From: Myxococcota bacterium
Lineage (GTDB): Bacteria; Myxococcota_A; Polyangia; Polyangiales; Houyiibacteriaceae
Direction: 5' to 3'
Length of the DNA stretch: 64,000 nucleotides
Assembly (NCBI GenBank): GCA_039030515.1
Contig: JBCCEA010000014.1
Coordinates: 1-64,000 of the forward strand
A program made the translations under genes and the position numbers. Below the pieces are notes generated by a model that was given only the letters and a program-made list of their open reading frames with translations, searched no databases and was not told the origin of the DNA. Positions 60,392-64,000 of this stretch are shown here, in pieces. Each line of letters begins with the position of its first letter. The first letter of the stretch is position 1.

Positions 60392-61045
60392 TCACATGAG
60401 CTGACGCCGAGCTTCTGTTTCTAAGCGGAAAGAGACTTCAATCTTCGTAGGCGCATGTGGGACGGGGCGGCGCAGTGTCAATCCAAGTGCCCGCGCTCGC
60501 ATACAGCTCAGGGCATCTTCTCCAAGCTTTGGGCTGCCTGAGACTTCGTTGCTGCGAACGTAGGCTCTGGAGACGGTACCAGATGAGGTGACGTGAATTT
60601 CAAATTCCAGGTCGATGGGCTGCCGCGCACGAGTTTCCGAGTGGATGCAAGAGGCGATGGGTTCCTTCTCCAACGCCGCACGTATTTCAGTCTCAAGATC
60701 CCGAGCCGAACCTAGAGCTCCTGCCGGAACGTCGGCTGTTTTTTTGAGGGCGGTCGTGTCGGGACTTTGCTGTGCGCCTCTGGGCCGTGGCCTTGGAGGG
60801 GTTCTTGCGGCGAGCGTCTGCAGGTTGCTGCTGGTGTCTTGCACTCTTGGTTCGCCCTGTTCGTTGAACGCGGTTTCAGGGGTGCTTGAGGTAGGTCGAC
60901 CAGGTGCGCGCCTGGTTCCTCGACTGTGCTCAGTGCTGCGCTCGTTTCCGCACCCCGAAAGCAGAGGCCATGCCGGCGAGCTGGCGGCGATCAAGATGCT
61001 TGCCGTGACAACGTTCACCTTGAGTCGCCTACGTTTCGCGGTCAT
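60392..61045 (-). CDS. Exported protein/lipoprotein with TonB-C/AgmX-like C-terminal domain
   Basis: LLSGC lipobox-like, Pro-rich linker, IASCI...FEIHVTSSGTVSRA...SCMRARA. Confidence 0.65.
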   Translation of the reverse strand: MTAKRRRLKVNVVTASILIAASSPAWPLLSGCGNERSTEHSRGTRRAPGRPTSSTPETAFNEQGEPRVQDTSSNLQTLAARTPPRPRPRGAQQSPDTTALKKTADVPAGALGSARDLETEIRAALEKEPIASCIHSETRARQPIDLEFEIHVTSSGTVSRAYVRSNEVSGSPKLGEDALSCMRARALGLTLRRPVPHAPTKIEVSFRLETEARRQLM

Positions 61046-62730
61046 TCGCTGCGAGCGTAGTCGATTTCCACGTTGCGTTTGGCGTAAAGTCGTCCTCGAA
61101 GGGCCCCTACGACGTCGTCAGCAAGTTCCCTCGGAACTTCGAAGAAGCTGTGGGTGTCCTTGATGCGTATGCTTCGTATTTGCGCTCGAGTGATACCGGT
61201 GTGCTCCTCGACAAAACGACCAAGCGCCTGGGGGCGAAGTCCATCGCGTCGACCTAGGTTCAAAAACAGCTTTTCTCGAGACACCGTTTCTTTATCGAGG
61301 ATCTCTTTGGGCTCTTGATGTTCTTCGGATCGAGTCTCAGCGTCATCACCGCAGGCTGGCTCCACCCGTGCTCTTCGTGCGGCGGCGGCGACCTCATCTA
61401 CATCCTCGGCCTCTCCGAAAAAGGCTGATAGAAGACCACCGAGAATGCGCTCGGCATCGCGATGAGTCTGTAAACGTCGCGCCAGAGCCGCATCGAGCTC
61501 GCTTGGTTGATTTGGGAACGCCTGCGTCAGCATGCAGATCCGATCCATTTCGATTCGGGTTTGCGCTTCTCCTTCCGAGGGAAGTGAGCGCTCTGCTGGG
61601 AAGATTTTGTACTGTAGTCGTATATAATAAAGCGCACCGAGTTCTCGCGGGCTTACGAGGGAGATCGCAGTTCCGGTGCGTCCGGCGCGACCGGTACGGC
61701 CGGTGCGATGAATATACTGCGCGGGAGCCTCGGGGAGCATGTAGTTGATCACGTGGGTGAGATGAGAGACGTCGATGCCTCGTGCCGCGACATCCGTCGC
61801 TACGAGATACCGAATCTCGCCGCTTCGCGTGCGCGCCATCACCTTTTCGCGTTCGCTTTGCGGCAGGTCGCCGTTTAACCAGTCCGATGTAAATCCAGAG
61901 GACTTCAGTTCAGATGCAACTTTTTCGGTTTCCATTTTTGTGTTGCAAAAAATGATGGCGCTCTCTGGATCTTCAACTTCTAGTATTCTCACCAAATCCC
62001 GGGCGCGTCCCAATCCGCTAATGGAGTAGGTGAAGTGAAGGATGCTCGCAGCGCCGATGTCGTTGCCGGAAAGCATGATGAACTGCGGATCGTTCATGTG
62101 ACGCTGAGCCATGCGCTGCACGTCATCATCCACGGTGGCGGAGAAGAGCAGGGTCTGTTTCGATCGAGGCAGTTGATCTAAAATTGCATTCAGTTCACGG
62201 GCAAACCCCATCGAGAGCATTTCATCAGCCTCGTCGAGGACCAGTACCCGGATGGTTTCCACGTTCAAGGTGCCTCTCAGGATGTGGTCCAGAACGCGCC
62301 CGGGGGTTCCGCTAAGAATCTGAGGGCCTTTCTTGAGCTCTCGAATCTGACGATCCATCGGCGCGCCGCCGTAGAGCGCGAGGATCTTTAGGTTGCGATA
62401 CGCTGCGAGGGACTCTAGTTCCCTAGCGCTTTGAAGGGCCAACTCCCGAGTCGGTGCCAGTAGAAGCGCCTGAGGTTCGTTGCGAGGCTCAACGATCTTG
62501 TCGACGAGCGGTAGCCCGAAGGCACCTGTCTTCCCGGTTCCTGTCCGGGCCTGTACTACGAGATCGGTGCCCGCCACGGCAGGCGGGTAGGTTTCAATTT
62601 GAACTGGGGTCGGATGTAGCCATCCGAGTTCATTCACCGCTCGCCGTACCTCTGAAGTTAGTGGCAGCTTATCGAAAGTCGGAGCCAACTCGGCTTCGGT
62701 GGGTTCAGCAGGTGCGTTTTTGGAATTCAT
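61042..62730 (-). CDS. deaD: DEAD-box RNA helicase with DbpA-type C-terminal RNA-binding domain
   Basis: TGTGKT, PTRELA, TPGR, DEAD, SAT, ARGID, HRTGRTGR, LFLNLGRRDG. Confidence 0.92.
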   Translation of the reverse strand: MNSKNAPAEPTEAELAPTFDKLPLTSEVRRAVNELGWLHPTPVQIETYPPAVAGTDLVVQARTGTGKTGAFGLPLVDKIVEPRNEPQALLLAPTRELALQSARELESLAAYRNLKILALYGGAPMDRQIRELKKGPQILSGTPGRVLDHILRGTLNVETIRVLVLDEADEMLSMGFARELNAILDQLPRSKQTLLFSATVDDDVQRMAQRHMNDPQFIMLSGNDIGAASILHFTYSISGLGRARDLVRILEVEDPESAIIFCNTKMETEKVASELKSSGFTSDWLNGDLPQSEREKVMARTRSGEIRYLVATDVAARGIDVSHLTHVINYMLPEAPAQYIHRTGRTGRAGRTGTAISLVSPRELGALYYIRLQYKIFPAERSLPSEGEAQTRIEMDRICMLTQAFPNQPSELDAALARRLQTHRDAERILGGLLSAFFGEAEDVDEVAAAARRARVEPACGDDAETRSEEHQEPKEILDKETVSREKLFLNLGRRDGLRPQALGRFVEEHTGITRAQIRSIRIKDTHSFFEVPRELADDVVGALRGRLYAKRNVEIDYARSE

Positions 62731-62764
62731 AGTGTTACGTCGGAGCGCGTTGGTGGGGTGTTCG

Positions 62765-63187
62765 TCATCGGAATGCTGCTTCGATATCGCGAATCAACGG
62801 TGCTTGTCTCGACCTATACCGGAGAAGTGAGGTTTGCGTCAGGTGCCGGAGCCGTTCGGACTTTTCGTGTGCGTTTCGAAGCTGGGGGTCTCGACTACAG
62901 GACGCTCGAATGGCCCGATGTCTTCGATCCCAGCTGCGGTACCACTGGGTCTGCTTAAGCGGAGGATCCGGAGAATCCATTTGTGAGAGTTCGAAGTCTC
63001 GAAGTTCACGAACTAGGTTCGGCATTTCCGTCTCGCAGTCTTTTGGGGGACCGCTTGCGGGATAAAAGACCTGAGGCAGTATCGAGTAAAAGCCAATGAA
63101 AACTAGATATATGGTGGCCGTACCCGCGACCGTCGCTCCAACGCGTCTACCCAAGAGCTCGAGTTTCGGCGGGGTATGCTCGGTCAC
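62765..63187 (-). CDS. Hypothetical single-TM protein
   Basis: 140 aa; N-terminal TM helix then helical domain with two Cys. Confidence 0.7.
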   Translation of the reverse strand: MTEHTPPKLELLGRRVGATVAGTATIYLVFIGFYSILPQVFYPASGPPKDCETEMPNLVRELRDFELSQMDSPDPPLKQTQWYRSWDRRHRAIRASCSRDPQLRNAHEKSERLRHLTQTSLLRYRSRQAPLIRDIEAAFR

Positions 63188-63375
63188 GATCCAGCAGGTC
63201 TTAGCACAAGCCTACTAAGTCGCACGCCGCGTAGGCGACGGTGCGCGCCAAAGGACTATGTTCTCCTGGCGGAATAGCCGATGGCAAACGCGGCGATCCT
63301 CTTTGAATCACCGAACTAAACTAATAAGGATGCATCTGTCTGCTTCAGTCCTCGGTATCGCCGAGACTGAAGGCT

Positions 63376-63534
63376 CTACCGGTTCTGGGTTTTGGTGCGA
63401 GACTCCTGCTGACGCCGTTTCCGGCGGTCGGACCAGAGGCCGAAGGTACCTAAGGCCAAGGCCACGATCATCGCAACCGCGATCACGCCAGCGCACAGTA
63501 GGTACAGCGATAGGTAAAGAGTGCCAGTGCCCAT
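63376..63534 (-). CDS. Small single-TM protein (52 aa, below the ORF-track cutoff)
   Basis: MGTGTLYLSLYLLCAGVIAVAMIVALALGTFGLWSDRRKRRQQESRTKTQNR*: hydrophobic helix plus basic tail, co-oriented with neighbours. Confidence 0.55.
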   Translation of the reverse strand: MGTGTLYLSLYLLCAGVIAVAMIVALALGTFGLWSDRRKRRQQESRTKTQNR

Positions 63535-63581
63535 GTCAGTGTCCGGTAGCGTCCGTAGTGAGAGAGATCAAGTGTAACGGC

Positions 63582-64000
63582 TCAAGCGTTGGGTGCCGTC
63601 ATCTTGTACCCAACTCCGTACAGGGTGACGATAAAGCGAGGCTTTTCAGGCTGTGGTTCAATTTTTTTTCGGATCTTGACGATGAAGTTGTCCACGGTGC
63701 GATTTGATGCGTTCCCTTCGACGCCCCAGACTTGATCAAGAATGTCGTCGCGGGAAACAGGTTGTCCCTGCTTCTCGTGAAGTAACTTCAGTATCTCTAC
63801 CTCGTAGAAACTGAGCGATATGACCGCCCCTTCGCGCGCCAAAGTGTGGCTGGCGGGATTGACTTGCGCTGCACCGACCATGAAAGGTTCGGTAGGGTCA
63901 GGTGCTGATCGGGTGGCCCGGCGAAAAAGGGCTCGAATACGCGCCACGAGCTCGCCTAACGAAAATGGCTTCGTCACATAGTCGTCCGCGCCAACATCTA
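63582..64000 (-). CDS. OmpR-family response regulator (5' end beyond the window)
   Basis: GADDYVTKPFSLGELVARIRA, VSRDDIL, RTVDNFIVKIRKKIE, TLYGVGYK. Confidence 0.93.
   Translation of the reverse strand, partial: DVGADDYVTKPFSLGELVARIRALFRRATRSAPDPTEPFMVGAAQVNPASHTLAREGAVISLSFYEVEILKLLHEKQGQPVSRDDILDQVWGVEGNASNRTVDNFIVKIRKKIEPQPEKPRFIVTLYGVGYKMTAPNA

Overview
GC-rich (roughly 60% by eye) bacterial chromosome segment, most likely a myxobacterium (Myxococcota, Polyangiales-like). This is inferred from OmpA+TSP3-repeat, Cys-rich, PEGA, GYF-like and AgmX/PglI-type proteins. The highlight is a ~24 kb, all-plus-strand locus (7.4-31.2 kb) built around greatly enlarged poly-gamma-glutamate (PGA) capsule genes. 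It carries an extended CapA, an HD-GYP phosphodiesterase, a tandem-duplicated CapC fused to an apparently inactive hydrolase domain, an 886-aa unknown, a lipoprotein with a PGA-hydrolase-like residue pattern, a 1510-aa TPR/beta-barrel-like protein and a ~1414-aa HEAT-repeat CapB. Together these look like a diderm, synthase-dependent polyamide secretion system. The locus is interrupted by an F-box-like/7xWD40 gene and a 1117-aa protein with an embedded cystathionine-gamma-synthase-type PLP domain. The left end has redox genes, decayed ORFans and a dispersed CCGTACCYGGTM repeat family, one cluster of which is bounded by 28-bp inverted repeats. The right half is mostly housekeeping: msrAB, thiD, a type IIA topoisomerase pair, guaBA, rlmB, pyrF and deaD. 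It also holds a TRASH-domain ParA with a small partner, an Mla-type ABC transporter whose two ATPases have complementary degenerate motifs, and a pseudokinase-GYF-AgmX protein. No rRNA, tRNA, CRISPR array or transposase was recognised. All calls are by-eye motif recognition; no searches were run.
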